This document shows positions 1 to 8,614 of a stretch of DNA of 64,000 nt, in pieces. The number at the start of each line of letters is the position of its first letter. Position 1 is the first letter of the stretch. The notes under the pieces are model-generated. The model did no database searches. It was not told the DNA's origin and saw only the letters and a list, made by a program, of their open reading frames with translations. The translations under genes and the position numbers were made by a program. The stretch covers positions 64,001 to 128,000 of the forward strand of contig JAUSGI010000008.1 in NCBI GenBank assembly GCA_030649135.1, read 5' to 3'. Source of the stretch: a bacterium (lineage in GTDB: Bacteria; Patescibacteriota; Minisyncoccia; Phycocordibacterales; Zambryskibacteraceae).

Positions 1-1941
1 AGTAAAAAGTATTTTAAAAACCAACTCGGTGAATTTATTTATTATCGCACTTATTCCAAATGGATTGAGGATGAGAATCGCAGAGAAACTTGGATAGAGA
101 CTGTCGATAGGTACATGGATTTTATGAAAGAGAATCTTGGACAGAAATTAAAAGATGCCGAATACGCAGAGGTGAGAGAATCTATTTTAAAACAAGAAGC
201 TATGCCGTCTATGCGACTCTTGCAATTTGCGGGCAAGGCCGCTCGGGTAAATAATGTATGCGCGTACAACTGCTCTTATATCGCGCCGGAAGTTTTTCGT
301 GATTTTTCCGAGATTATGTATATCTCGATGTCCGGTACTGGCGCAGGTTGGTCGGTAGAAAGCGAAAATATTCAGAAGTTGCCGCAAATTAAACGTCAGA
401 CCGGTAAGAAACTGCCGACCTTCGTGGTGCCTGATAGTAAAGAAGGGTGGTGCGATGCACTCACGCTAGGTATGGAAACATGGGCAAACGGTTTGGATAT
501 TGATTTTGATTTTTCCCAACTTCGTCCCGCCGGCGCCCGGCTGAAAACTATGGGAGGCAAGTCCTCGGGACCAGAGCCGTTGCGCGAACTCCTGACCTTT
601 ACCAGGAGAAAGATGCTTGCCCGACAAGGCAAGCGGCTGGAAAACATTGATGCCCACGATATTATCTGTGAAATAGGCAATATCGTGGTGGCCGGAGGCG
701 TGCGCCGTAGCGCCATGATTTCCCTCTCCGACCTCGAAGATAGCGCCATTCGTGATGCCAAGAAAGGACAATTTTGGAATACAGACCCGCAGAGAATGCT
801 CGCCAATAACTCTGCCGTGTACGAGACCAAACCGACCAACACCGAATTTGTTGACGAGTGGCTGGCGCTGATGAAGTCCAATTCCGGGGAACGTGGCATT
901 TATAATCGCGGCGGGTTACAGTTTACTTTGCCCAAACGTCGTCTGTCCCAGTTTACTTCCGAGACCATGCCGCGTTGGGGAGGCAATCCGTGCGGAGAAA
1001 TTATTCTGCAGTCAAAACAATTTTGTAATTTATCAGAAATTGTGGCGCGAGCGGAAGATACGGAAGCCACTTTACTGCGCAAACTAAAAGTTGCCACTAT
1101 TCTCGGGACGTATCAGGCATCGCTCACCAATTTTCCGTATCTCTCGAAAGAGTGGCAGGAAAATTGTGAGAAGGAAGCTCTGCTCGGTGTTTCTATCACC
1201 GGTCAGTGGGATTGTCCGGCCGTGCGCAAACCGGCAGTCATGCGAAAATTGCGCGATGAAGCTGTCAAAATAAATAAAGTGTATGCCAAGCGTTTCAGTA
1301 TCAATCAATCTACCTGCGTGACCTGCGTTAAGCCGTCCGGCAATCTTTCTCAAACAGTTGATTCCTCTTCCGGCATTCACCCGCGACATTCCGCATTCTA
1401 CATTCGACGTGTTCGCATTTCCAATACCGATTCACTTTTCAAAATGTTGCGTGACCAAGGTGTACCCTTCCATCCGGAAGTGGGACAAACTATGGAGAAT
1501 GCCACCACCTTCGTTTTGGATTTTCCGGTGAAAGCACCCGACCGCTCGGTCTTTAAAAATGACCAAAGTGCGATTGACCAGCTGGAATACTGGAAAATGG
1601 TGAAAGAAAATTTTACGGAGCATAATCCTTCCACCACTATTTCTATCGGTGATGACGAATGGATAGAAGTGGCAAACTGGATTTATAAAAATTGGGATAT
1701 TGTCGGGGGGCTGGCCTTCCTACCGCGCGAGAGCCATGTCTATAAACTCGCGCCCTATGAGGCCATTGATGAAAAGACATATACCGAGATGAATAAGCGC
1801 TTCGGGAACATTGATTTCTCCAAAATTGTGACCTACGAAGTGACTAACGAGCTTGACCAGAAGGCGGAACTTGCCTGTGTCAGCGGTGTTTGTGATGTTG
1901 ATGCCGTGGGGACATCGGCTGAACCCGGTTCCGTCAAATAG
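1..1941 (+). CDS. nrdJ: Ribonucleotide reductase class II (adenosylcobalamin-dependent), 5' end outside the window
   Basis: The frame is open from nt 1 (SKKYFKNQLGEFIYYRTYSKW...ETWIETVDRY) upstream of the listed ATG at 115. NPCGEI active-site motif and class II RNR-like sequence throughout. Confidence 0.85.
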   Translation, partial: SKKYFKNQLGEFIYYRTYSKWIEDENRRETWIETVDRYMDFMKENLGQKLKDAEYAEVRESILKQEAMPSMRLLQFAGKAARVNNVCAYNCSYIAPEVFRDFSEIMYISMSGTGAGWSVESENIQKLPQIKRQTGKKLPTFVVPDSKEGWCDALTLGMETWANGLDIDFDFSQLRPAGARLKTMGGKSSGPEPLRELLTFTRRKMLARQGKRLENIDAHDIICEIGNIVVAGGVRRSAMISLSDLEDSAIRDAKKGQFWNTDPQRMLANNSAVYETKPTNTEFVDEWLALMKSNSGERGIYNRGGLQFTLPKRRLSQFTSETMPRWGGNPCGEIILQSKQFCNLSEIVARAEDTEATLLRKLKVATILGTYQASLTNFPYLSKEWQENCEKEALLGVSITGQWDCPAVRKPAVMRKLRDEAVKINKVYAKRFSINQSTCVTCVKPSGNLSQTVDSSSGIHPRHSAFYIRRVRISNTDSLFKMLRDQGVPFHPEVGQTMENATTFVLDFPVKAPDRSVFKNDQSAIDQLEYWKMVKENFTEHNPSTTISIGDDEWIEVANWIYKNWDIVGGLAFLPRESHVYKLAPYEAIDEKTYTEMNKRFGNIDFSKIVTYEVTNELDQKAELACVSGVCDVDAVGTSAEPGSVK

Positions 1942-1944
1942 GTA

Positions 1945-2487
1945 ATGCTCTATACTCGCAAGGGGGATAGTGGGACATCGGGGCTTTTCGGCACTAAGGA
2001 GCGTTTCTCGAAGGATAGCCCAATCTATGAAGCGCTCGGTACTCTAGACGAACTTAATTCCCTACTGGGTGTATGTCATGCGTATACCTTGCGTGAGAAA
2101 GAAGGGGGGGTTATGGCCGACGTGATCAGAAATGTTCAGGAACGTCTTTTTGTCGTTCAGGCAGAATTGGCGGGGGCGGATAAATGCATTACACAGACTC
2201 AAGTGGACGAGTTGGAGAAGACGGTAGACCGATATGAGGCGCAGATAGAAAATCCTCATGCCTTTATTATTCCCGGCGCAACAGGGTTGTCGGCTCTGCT
2301 CGACTATGCTCGAGCTGTGTCTCGCAGAGCGGAACGAGTAGTTATTGGAGCACATGCTCCCCACGAAGCGTCGGCTCCCACTAGAGCGTATCTTAATCGT
2401 CTTTCGAGTTTGCTGTATGCCCTGGCTCGGCATGTGGCGGGAAAAGCCGGTGCGCAAGAACCCGCCCCAACGTATAAGGAAGTCTGA
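1945..2487 (+). CDS. ATP:cob(I)alamin adenosyltransferase, PduO-type
   Basis: N-terminus MLYTRKGDSGTSGLFG is typical of PduO/MMAB. 180 aa. Starts 4 nt after the nrdJ stop. Confidence 0.8.
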   Translation: MLYTRKGDSGTSGLFGTKERFSKDSPIYEALGTLDELNSLLGVCHAYTLREKEGGVMADVIRNVQERLFVVQAELAGADKCITQTQVDELEKTVDRYEAQIENPHAFIIPGATGLSALLDYARAVSRRAERVVIGAHAPHEASAPTRAYLNRLSSLLYALARHVAGKAGAQEPAPTYKEV

Positions 2488-2535
2488 TATTTTCTTGATT
2501 CCTCGTCCCTTTTTCGTTATTGTTTCTTTGTTAAA

Positions 2536-2607
2536 GGCCTCATCGTCTAGCGGCTAGGACACAGCCTTCTCAAGGCTGGAACCGGGGTTCGATTCCCCGT
2601 GAGGTCA
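2536..2607 (+). tRNA. tRNA-Glu (anticodon CTC)
   Basis: Manual cloverleaf: acceptor GGCCTCA/TGAGGTC, anticodon stem CAGCC/GGCTG with loop TTCTCAA, T-arm GGGGTTCGATTCCCC. CCA is not encoded. Confidence 0.8.
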
Positions 2608-2744
2608 TACGAGCGGAAAGCACATGAACTGCTTCATGTGCGGGCGAAGTATGAAGACGGAAGCATATTTTTCTATCAAGAAAAATAGCTGAGTCCGGGG
2701 CTGGAAAATCTGCGAGTGGCGACGAGCAGATTATTGTGGCTCAC

Positions 2745-2767
2745 ATAGATTTGCATGCGAAGCATAC
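2745..2767. repeat. Left copy of a 23 bp direct repeat (ATAGATTTGCATGCGAAGCATAC) flanking a two-gene cassette
   Basis: Matches 3494-3516 (ATAGATTTGAATGCGAAGCATAC) at 22/23 positions. Contains a possible -35 TTGCAT. Confidence 0.6.
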
Positions 2768-2791
2768 GTTATTGGTATACAATTTGTACAT

Positions 2792-3199
2792 ATGACCTAC
2801 CTAAGCTACTTAATGGGAGCAGACAATATTGAGGATAAAGAGCTTACTGATTTGGGTATTAGTATTGAGGAGAAAAAGGCTGATGGAGACAGAACACTAA
2901 AGGTTCCAGATGAAAAGTTGAACGGGTACATTGAGTTAATGAAAACCAAGCTGAATAATGGCTTTTGGAATGAGATGGTTGGAGAAAGGGAGATCATCTT
3001 TGTTTTCAAGCTAAAAGATGGCTCAATCAAAGAATATAGGCTTTCACCTGAAAATGAGCAAGAAATTGATAACTTGTGTGCTGAACTGAATAACGAGCTA
3101 CCAGAGAAAACAGTAAATGTTTACAAGTACATTTCAGACAATAAGTTCTACCGTGATTTCATGATGGAACACTATGCTGATTTAATTAATAGAAAATGA
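2792..3199 (+). CDS. Hypothetical protein (135 aa), AT-rich cassette gene 1
   Basis: Long ORF in an AT-rich segment. ATGA overlap with the next ORF. No recognisable motif. Confidence 0.5.
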   Translation: MTYLSYLMGADNIEDKELTDLGISIEEKKADGDRTLKVPDEKLNGYIELMKTKLNNGFWNEMVGEREIIFVFKLKDGSIKEYRLSPENEQEIDNLCAELNNELPEKTVNVYKYISDNKFYRDFMMEHYADLINRK

Positions 3200-3405
3200 A
3201 ATTCCCACCAGAACCAAAAACTCCTTATATTTTGGATAAAGAACAGGATAAACGCATTTTTGAAAAACTCTCCAAATTCAAGAATAAAAAGCTAACTAAA
3301 GGACAGGAGGAGCTGATTGCTTTTCTTTACACACAACTTGAGGACGACTGGAGAACACCCCTTGAGGAGTTCATAGACAAGCTACTCGGAAGCACTCAAG
3401 CCTAA
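3196..3405 (+). CDS. Hypothetical protein (69 aa), AT-rich cassette gene 2
   Basis: Translationally coupled (ATGA overlap) to the ORF at 2792. Confidence 0.45.
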   Translation: MKFPPEPKTPYILDKEQDKRIFEKLSKFKNKKLTKGQEELIAFLYTQLEDDWRTPLEEFIDKLLGSTQA

Positions 3406-3493
3406 CAAAGAACTCTACAAAGGGTTTTGAATCTGATATCGTTAGGGTCACAAAATGTGTAAAGCAGGCAAACTGCTTTGCCTGCGGACATTA

Positions 3494-3516
3494 TAGATTT
3501 GAATGCGAAGCATACA
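3494..3516. repeat. Right copy of the 23 bp direct repeat
   Basis: See 2745-2767. Confidence 0.6.
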
Positions 3517-3546
3517 ATTTTTACCTAAAATAATTCCTTATTTATC

Positions 3547-3586
3547 AATACACAAAAAGCCCGATTGCTCGGGCTTTTTGTGTATT
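3547..3586. terminator. Perfect 18 bp-stem palindrome AATACACAAAAAGCCCGA-TTGC-TCGGGCTTTTTGTGTATT, bidirectional intrinsic terminator candidate
   Basis: GC core stem flanked by an A-run and a T-run. Lies between convergent transcription units. Confidence 0.6.
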
Positions 3587-3600
3587 CGAGTGGCTCACAA

Positions 3601-3693
3601 TTACTTCTTCCCCTCCTCACATCCACAGGCACAAGTACCATTTTCGGTGGTGTGAACATGGTCGCACTTGGAACATTTAGTTTCTTCTGGCAT
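3601..3693 (-). CDS. Small Cys-rich peptide (30 aa) MPEETKCSKCDHVHTTENGTCACGCEEGKK, putative zinc-ribbon mini-protein
   Basis: ORF below the track cutoff. CxxC...CxCxC pattern. Its stop abuts the palindromic terminator. No clear SD. Confidence 0.25.
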   Translation of the reverse strand: MPEETKCSKCDHVHTTENGTCACGCEEGKK

Positions 3694-3974
3694 AGTATAG
3701 TTGTTTAGTATTCTAATATATTCGCCGACCTTTTAAGTATAATATTTTATAGAGAGCAAAGCAATCCGTTTTTTAGTTGTGTATACCTGTATTTTTAAAA
3801 AATTCTTCCGGCGAAAAAGAGAAAACATGGAAAGGCGGAACGGGGCGAGGGCGGGGCGCCTAGTCCACGCGTGCGAAGTGGGTTCGCGCATGGGTTAGAA
3901 TATCCTCACAACTTGATTTTTATATAAAATCGTGTTATTTTGTGTTTAGATAAGTCAAGAGGGGGAAATCTTCC

Positions 3975-4529
3975 ATGAAATCAACTTCCGCTCCAATTCG
4001 TATCACCCAGGCAACCCCAGAAGACGTACTAGGTATGCAGGAAGTCTTCTACAAGACTTGGCTCGCAACTTACCCAAATGTCGAGTACGGTATCACCGTC
4101 GAGGACATCAGGGAGCGTTGGAAAAATCGGCTCGATGATGAGTACCTTGCCAAACGGCGTGAGCAGATGGCCAATCCCCCAATCGGTGAGTTGACTTTAG
4201 CCGCTCGGGATGGAAATCTGGTGGTTGGTGTTTGCCGGGTCATCAATCTTCCCAACAAGAACCAGCTGCAGGCACTTTACGTTCTTCCCGAATATCAAGG
4301 AAGAGGTGTCGGTACCACTTTGTGGGAAGAGGGTCGTAAATTCCTTGACGCTACACGAGACATCGAGGTTTGGGTCGCAACCTACAACACCAAGGCTATC
4401 GCATTTTACCAGCATCTTGGCTTTAGAGAAACGGGAGAGACCGACCTCGACGAACACTTCAAAATGCCTATAAGTGGTAACGTTATCCCGGAGATTGGGA
4501 TGGTGTTGAAGGCAGAACCGGCATCTTAA
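3975..4529 (+). CDS. GNAT family N-acetyltransferase
   Basis: Acetyl-CoA binding motif LYVLPEYQGRGVGTTL. 184 aa. Confidence 0.8.
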   Translation: MKSTSAPIRITQATPEDVLGMQEVFYKTWLATYPNVEYGITVEDIRERWKNRLDDEYLAKRREQMANPPIGELTLAARDGNLVVGVCRVINLPNKNQLQALYVLPEYQGRGVGTTLWEEGRKFLDATRDIEVWVATYNTKAIAFYQHLGFRETGETDLDEHFKMPISGNVIPEIGMVLKAEPAS

Positions 4530-4570
4530 TGGGTGCCGTTTTTCTTTTATTGTATAATATAGAAAATAAT

Positions 4571-4771
4571 ATGAGCCACTTGTTTCGTAGCGATAAATGT
4601 AAAAAATGCGGTGGGGATGCACCCAACTGGAAGTGTCCAAAGTGCGCTAGCACGTCGAGTGTTTTTGACCCATTACATTGGCAGAAATGTCGTTTCGGAG
4701 CAAAATATCAAGCGCAGTGCCAGAAGTGCGGTGAAGCCGAAGATAATTGCACTTGCACAATAGTTTCCTAG
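4571..4771 (+). CDS. Small Cys-rich zinc-ribbon-like protein (66 aa from MSHLF...)
   Basis: CKKCGG...CPKC...CQKCG...CTC. Rubredoxin-like knuckles. The listed ORF at 4529 probably starts at the internal ATG at 4571. Confidence 0.4.
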   Translation: MSHLFRSDKCKKCGGDAPNWKCPKCASTSSVFDPLHWQKCRFGAKYQAQCQKCGEAEDNCTCTIVS

Positions 4772-4782
4772 TTTTTAAATTT

Positions 4783-6534
4783 TTACGGTCGTGCCGGCGG
4801 AGGGGCTTCCCTATCCGGCTGGATATCATAGTAGTTGATGAGAAACTTGGCGGTATTAACAAAGGTGTCTGTTAAGGTTTCCGAGGCGTATTGAACATTC
4901 TTGGGATAATAAGTATAGAGAAACACTAGGAATTCCGGGTCATAGGATGGGAAATAGCCGAAGAATGAGTGAAGGTAACGGTCATCATAATATCCTCCTA
5001 CCTCTGGTCTTGCGATTTGGGCGGTGCCTGTTTTGGCGGCAATATTGTAGTTCTCAAGTCGAACTTGACCATAGTGGAGAGAACGGTCCACCACTTCCGT
5101 GAGCATGCGCGATATTTCCGCCGAAGTATCGGGAGAAAGGACGCGTGCTCTCTCTTCCTCCGGGGGATAGAGAATATTTTTGGTGGGCCCAAGTTCATAT
5201 CTAATTCCCTTGACCAAGTGGGGGGTGATGAGCGTGCCACCATTGGCCAGAGCCGAGAGCGCGCGTACGGTAATGATGGGGGTGAGCGCAATACCTTGGC
5301 CGAAAGAGGCCTGCGCCAGTTCAAGGTCGCGGCCGGTTTTGAGATTGGAGACCAGGGATTTACCCTCGTTTGGCAGGTCAATGCCGGTAGTAGTTTCGAG
5401 GCCGAAGCGAAGCATGTAGTCGCTGAATTTTGCGTTACCCATACGAGAGACTACGAAGGCGGCACCGGTATTGAGAGAGTTATTAAGTACTGCCTGCATG
5501 GAAAGACCGGAGCCATGAGATTTGCCGTCATAGTTGCAGAAAGTTCTGGTATTGAGTGTCATACAGCCCGGGTCGTTATAAGTGCTTCTAGCTGTGATGG
5601 CGCCAGAGTCGATGCCAGCCGACATAGTCAGCGCTTTCAGGATTGAACCCATTTCGTACCTATCTTCTATCAATCTGTTACTAAAAATAGCCGCATAACG
5701 CTCGCTTTGTGGGGAATTTGGGTCGAAGGAGGGAGTTAATGCCATGGCGTATATTTCTCCCGTTTTGGGATTAATCACTATGCCGCCGGTAAAGTCGGAG
5801 GAATATTTCTCGGTTACTTTTTTTATCTCGCTCTCGAGATATGCTTCGACCGATGGTTCGATGGTGGTGACTATATCTCCTTCGAAACTCTCATCTTCGC
5901 TGACAGCTTTCTTTATACTGGAAAAAATCTCGGCGAAAAAATTGACGAAAACATCGTCACCGCTTCTCTTTAGTACAGACTCATAGAAACGTTCCAATCC
6001 GTAGCGCCCGGCAAGTTCGTCTCCGCTATAACCAATGAGTCCTACGGTATGGGCCGCTATGGTTTGGCCTGGATAGGTACGCCATCTTTCCTTAGCGACG
6101 GAGAGGCCGGAAATTTTAAGCGCTTGGATTTTATCCGCTTGTTCTGTCGGTAGGCGTTTCGCCAGCTCCTCGTATGGGTCATTTTTTTTACCGACTTTGG
6201 CAAAGAAGTCTTCTTTGACAACTGGCGTAATGGTGTTGACGGTTTCGTAAATATTTTCTAAGTCGGTACGCTGACTCAGCATACTCGGGTTGATATAAAG
6301 AATAAACCCGGTCTTAATACCGGCCGCCGGTACGAGCGTACCATCTTTAGCGGTGAAAAAGATTAGTCCCCGGTCAAAGTAATTTATTCCGGCAACGTAC
6401 TGATGCTCCGCTTTGGCTTCGAAATCTTCCCCCGATATTATCTGGATAAAATAAAGTTTGCTAACAAGCAGAAGAGCGCTTAACAGTACGAAAAGCGACA
6501 GGAGTCGTAATCTGTTCTGAAGCCCATGCATCAA
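4783..6534 (-). CDS. ftsI: Peptidoglycan D,D-transpeptidase, PBP2/FtsI family
   Basis: N-terminal TM helix. SxxK (SILK), SLN and KTGT motifs. Position after ftsL in the dcw cluster. Confidence 0.85.
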   Translation of the reverse strand: MMHGLQNRLRLLSLFVLLSALLLVSKLYFIQIISGEDFEAKAEHQYVAGINYFDRGLIFFTAKDGTLVPAAGIKTGFILYINPSMLSQRTDLENIYETVNTITPVVKEDFFAKVGKKNDPYEELAKRLPTEQADKIQALKISGLSVAKERWRTYPGQTIAAHTVGLIGYSGDELAGRYGLERFYESVLKRSGDDVFVNFFAEIFSSIKKAVSEDESFEGDIVTTIEPSVEAYLESEIKKVTEKYSSDFTGGIVINPKTGEIYAMALTPSFDPNSPQSERYAAIFSNRLIEDRYEMGSILKALTMSAGIDSGAITARSTYNDPGCMTLNTRTFCNYDGKSHGSGLSMQAVLNNSLNTGAAFVVSRMGNAKFSDYMLRFGLETTTGIDLPNEGKSLVSNLKTGRDLELAQASFGQGIALTPIITVRALSALANGGTLITPHLVKGIRYELGPTKNILYPPEEERARVLSPDTSAEISRMLTEVVDRSLHYGQVRLENYNIAAKTGTAQIARPEVGGYYDDRYLHSFFGYFPSYDPEFLVFLYTYYPKNVQYASETLTDTFVNTAKFLINYYDIQPDREAPPPARP

Positions 6535-6536
6535 TT

Positions 6537-6860
6537 TTAGCGACTAAGTGTGTTGAACGAAAGGGATGTCACGCTCGTACGGGAAACATAAAGTGGCTTC
6601 TTAGCTTCTCGAAAGCCGTGCTGATACGCGAGCTCAAGGGAGACGTTATTCTTAAGTTCGATGTAGTCAAACTCGAGCGAACCAAGATTAGCCGAGATTT
6701 TAGCCATCTGCCTCTCCAGGTTTTGTCTGGTGGCAATATTTCTTGCGGTGGCATGTATGGCGTAGATATAGGCAAAGAGAGATAGTATCGATATAGCTAC
6801 TAAAATCCAGAAAACACGGGCTCGGTGGTCGTAGGAAATTGTTTTTGTCTTGTGTATCAT
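6537..6860 (-). CDS. ftsL: Cell division protein FtsL-like (small bitopic membrane protein)
   Basis: 107 aa. Single TM plus coiled region. Lies between rsmH and ftsI. Confidence 0.5.
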   Translation of the reverse strand: MIHKTKTISYDHRARVFWILVAISILSLFAYIYAIHATARNIATRQNLERQMAKISANLGSLEFDYIELKNNVSLELAYQHGFREAKKPLYVSRTSVTSLSFNTLSR

Positions 6861-7717
6861 ATTTTCTCTATAACTCGTAACTTGGCACTGCGCGAACGTG
6901 GGTTGTTCATCGTCTCTTCTTCGCTTGCTGTTATCGGTTTTTTGGTTATTTGCCTGGCGGATTTTTCCTTTATTTTTTCCCGGAAGAAATTCTTGACTAT
7001 TCGGTCTTCTAAGCTATGGAAGGAGATAACCACCAATCTGCCTTGATGTCCGAGAGCTTCAAACCCTTTCTCCAGTCCGACCTCTAGACTGGAAAGCTCT
7101 TCGTTCGTCGCGATTCGGAGAGCTTGGAAAGTCTTGGTGGCGGGGTGAATTTTGTCCCGAAAGCTTCTGTGTTTTACCGTCTCCACCACCCTAACAAGGT
7201 CGAATGTGGTTTGAAACGGTTTGACCTTTCTTTGTTCCACAATGGCTCTTGCAATTTTTCCGGATAACCTCTCTTCTCCGAAGCCGCGCAGGATGAGTTC
7301 AATGGCGTGCTCATCCCAGGAGTTTAAAATGTCGGCGGCTCGGATGCCTGTGTTAGACATTCTCATGTCCAGAGGTTCGTCTCTAAGAAAAGAGAATCCT
7401 CTGCCGGAGCGCTCGAGCTGGTCGGTGGAAATACCGAGGTCAAAGAGGATGGCGTCAACCTTTTGGGTTACGACTTTGTCCAAGTCTCTGAAGTTTGCTC
7501 GGGTTACATCTACCTTCGGGTCTTGGTCGATGGCGATTACCTTTACTGTCGGGAATCGCCTTCTCACTTCCTTGCTATGTCCCCCGCCGCCATAAGTGGC
7601 GTCGAGGAATATTTCCCCAGACTTGAGGTCGAGAGCATTAATGCTTTCGTGTAAAAGAACAGGTTTATGCATATTCTGACTCGAGTCGTTTTCTATAGGC
7701 CGACCAGCTTGAGGCAT
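6857..7717 (-). CDS. rsmH: 16S rRNA (cytosine1402-N4)-methyltransferase RsmH/MraW
   Basis: HKPVLL...LDATYGGGGHS motif typical of MraW. Confidence 0.9.
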   Translation of the reverse strand: MPQAGRPIENDSSQNMHKPVLLHESINALDLKSGEIFLDATYGGGGHSKEVRRRFPTVKVIAIDQDPKVDVTRANFRDLDKVVTQKVDAILFDLGISTDQLERSGRGFSFLRDEPLDMRMSNTGIRAADILNSWDEHAIELILRGFGEERLSGKIARAIVEQRKVKPFQTTFDLVRVVETVKHRSFRDKIHPATKTFQALRIATNEELSSLEVGLEKGFEALGHQGRLVVISFHSLEDRIVKNFFREKIKEKSARQITKKPITASEEETMNNPRSRSAKLRVIEKI

Positions 7718-8060
7718 TCCAGATTTCCACCCTGTCGTGAACGCCGGTAATAACGACTGGGTTTTTCAGGTCCGCAAACTCCCGCAAAAATTCGGGGACC
7801 AGAATTCTGCCTATAGAATCGATCTCAACTTCAGATGCACCGGAGAAAGTGAATCGTGCATAGCGATGGTCACTTTCTACATGCCCAAGTTTCCCCACCT
7901 CTTCGGAGATTTGAACCCAGGTTTTGTGGGGGTAGAGAAAAAGACAATGATCTTTGCCTCGAGTAACAACGACTTTGCTACCGAGAGCTTTTCGGAATTT
8001 GGCAGGCAAAGAGAAGCGATTCTTCTCGTCAACTGTATGTGTGTACTCGCCGATAAACAT
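7665..8060 (-). CDS. mraZ: Transcriptional regulator MraZ
   Basis: MFIGEYTHTVDEKNRFSLP...TRGKDHCLFLYP. Duplicated MraZ domain. 131 aa. Confidence 0.9.
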   Translation of the reverse strand: MFIGEYTHTVDEKNRFSLPAKFRKALGSKVVVTRGKDHCLFLYPHKTWVQISEEVGKLGHVESDHRYARFTFSGASEVEIDSIGRILVPEFLREFADLKNPVVITGVHDRVEIWNASSWSAYRKRLESEYA

Positions 8061-8132
8061 TGTTTTTTCATATTACCACTATTTCCCACTAACAAACATT
8101 CTATACCACCACATTCCACAACACTACTAAAG

Positions 8133-8162
8133 TTATCCCCTTTTTATCCCCTCCTTATCCCC
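8133..8162 (-). promoter_or_regulatory. Three direct repeats of GGGGATAA (minus-strand sense) at 11 bp period upstream of mraZ, candidate MraZ-binding boxes
   Basis: TTATCCCC at 8133, 8144 and 8155 on the plus strand, about 75-100 bp upstream of the mraZ ATG. Resembles the arrangement of MraZ repeats in other bacteria. Confidence 0.45.
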
Positions 8163-8173
8163 AATACTAAAAA

Positions 8174-8196
8174 TGTCAAACACCAGGTGTTTGACA
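8174..8196. promoter_or_regulatory. Perfect 23 bp palindrome TGTCAAACACC-A-GGTGTTTGACA in the mraZ upstream region
   Basis: 11+1+11 inverted repeat containing TTGACA. Operator-like. Confidence 0.4.
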
Positions 8197-8233
8197 CAAT
8201 ATAATTCTGAAATAGAGAAAGCCTCACACAGAG

Positions 8234-8256
8234 AAGCCATGCTTGGCTTTTTCTAT
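8234..8256. terminator. Hairpin AGCCA-TGCT-TGGCT followed by TTTTTCTAT, terminator candidate
   Basis: Lies 27 nt past the stop of the minus-strand gene 8283..8513. A T-run is present in the plus sense and a U-rich tract in the minus sense. Confidence 0.35.
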
Positions 8257-8282
8257 GCGAGGCCTACCGCTCGTGGTGGTCG

Positions 8283-8513
8283 TTAGAGCGACCAGTCCAT
8301 GCCTGGCATCCTCTGGTCCCGATCGTCCTCCGTGACCGCCTGAGCATTGGCAGGGACGAGATCCCATTCCCTCGGGACATCGTCGCCGATGCCGAGACCA
8401 GGGCAGTCGGGTTTCGTCACGAAGATGTAGGTTTCTCCTACCTTCCTGGCAAGTCCTCCCCCCTGCGTTCCGTAAATACCGAAGTTGTAGGTACAACCTT
8501 TCTTGGTATTCAT
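8283..8513 (-). CDS. Hypothetical small protein (76 aa) in a GC-rich islet
   Basis: Strong SD (AAGGGAGACCA-ATG). Consensus promoter TTGACA-17-TAAGAT upstream. Locally GC-rich versus flanks. Confidence 0.5.
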   Translation of the reverse strand: MNTKKGCTYNFGIYGTQGGGLARKVGETYIFVTKPDCPGLGIGDDVPREWDLVPANAQAVTEDDRDQRMPGMDWSL

Positions 8514-8563
8514 TGGTCTCCCTTCTTCCGAAGTTATCTACCGCTATCTTATCATACTACTAC

Positions 8564-8614
8564 TTATATGTCAAGGATAGCTTTTTTAGCGTTGGATTGG
8601 ATAAAGGATTTACG
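8564..8614 (-). repeat. Duplicate of the gyrB 3' terminus (encodes ...RKSFIQSNAKKAILDI*), left copy
   Basis: 51 bp with about 85-90% identity to 9604-9654 (gyrB ...RKSFIQSNAKKAVLDV*), same orientation. Confidence 0.65.

Noticed and set aside
4969-5646. 225 aa plus-strand ORF and other long ORFs antisense to ftsI, gyrB, the FAD-linked oxidase, transketolase, groEL, pyrG and the Clp-family gene (for example 7737..8204, 10037..10378, 24224..24787, 35613..36023, 44547..45083, 59724..60497)
   Set aside because: Each lies fully inside a confidently identified gene on the opposite strand. None has a recognisable motif. All have low-complexity or skewed composition typical of shadow ORFs.
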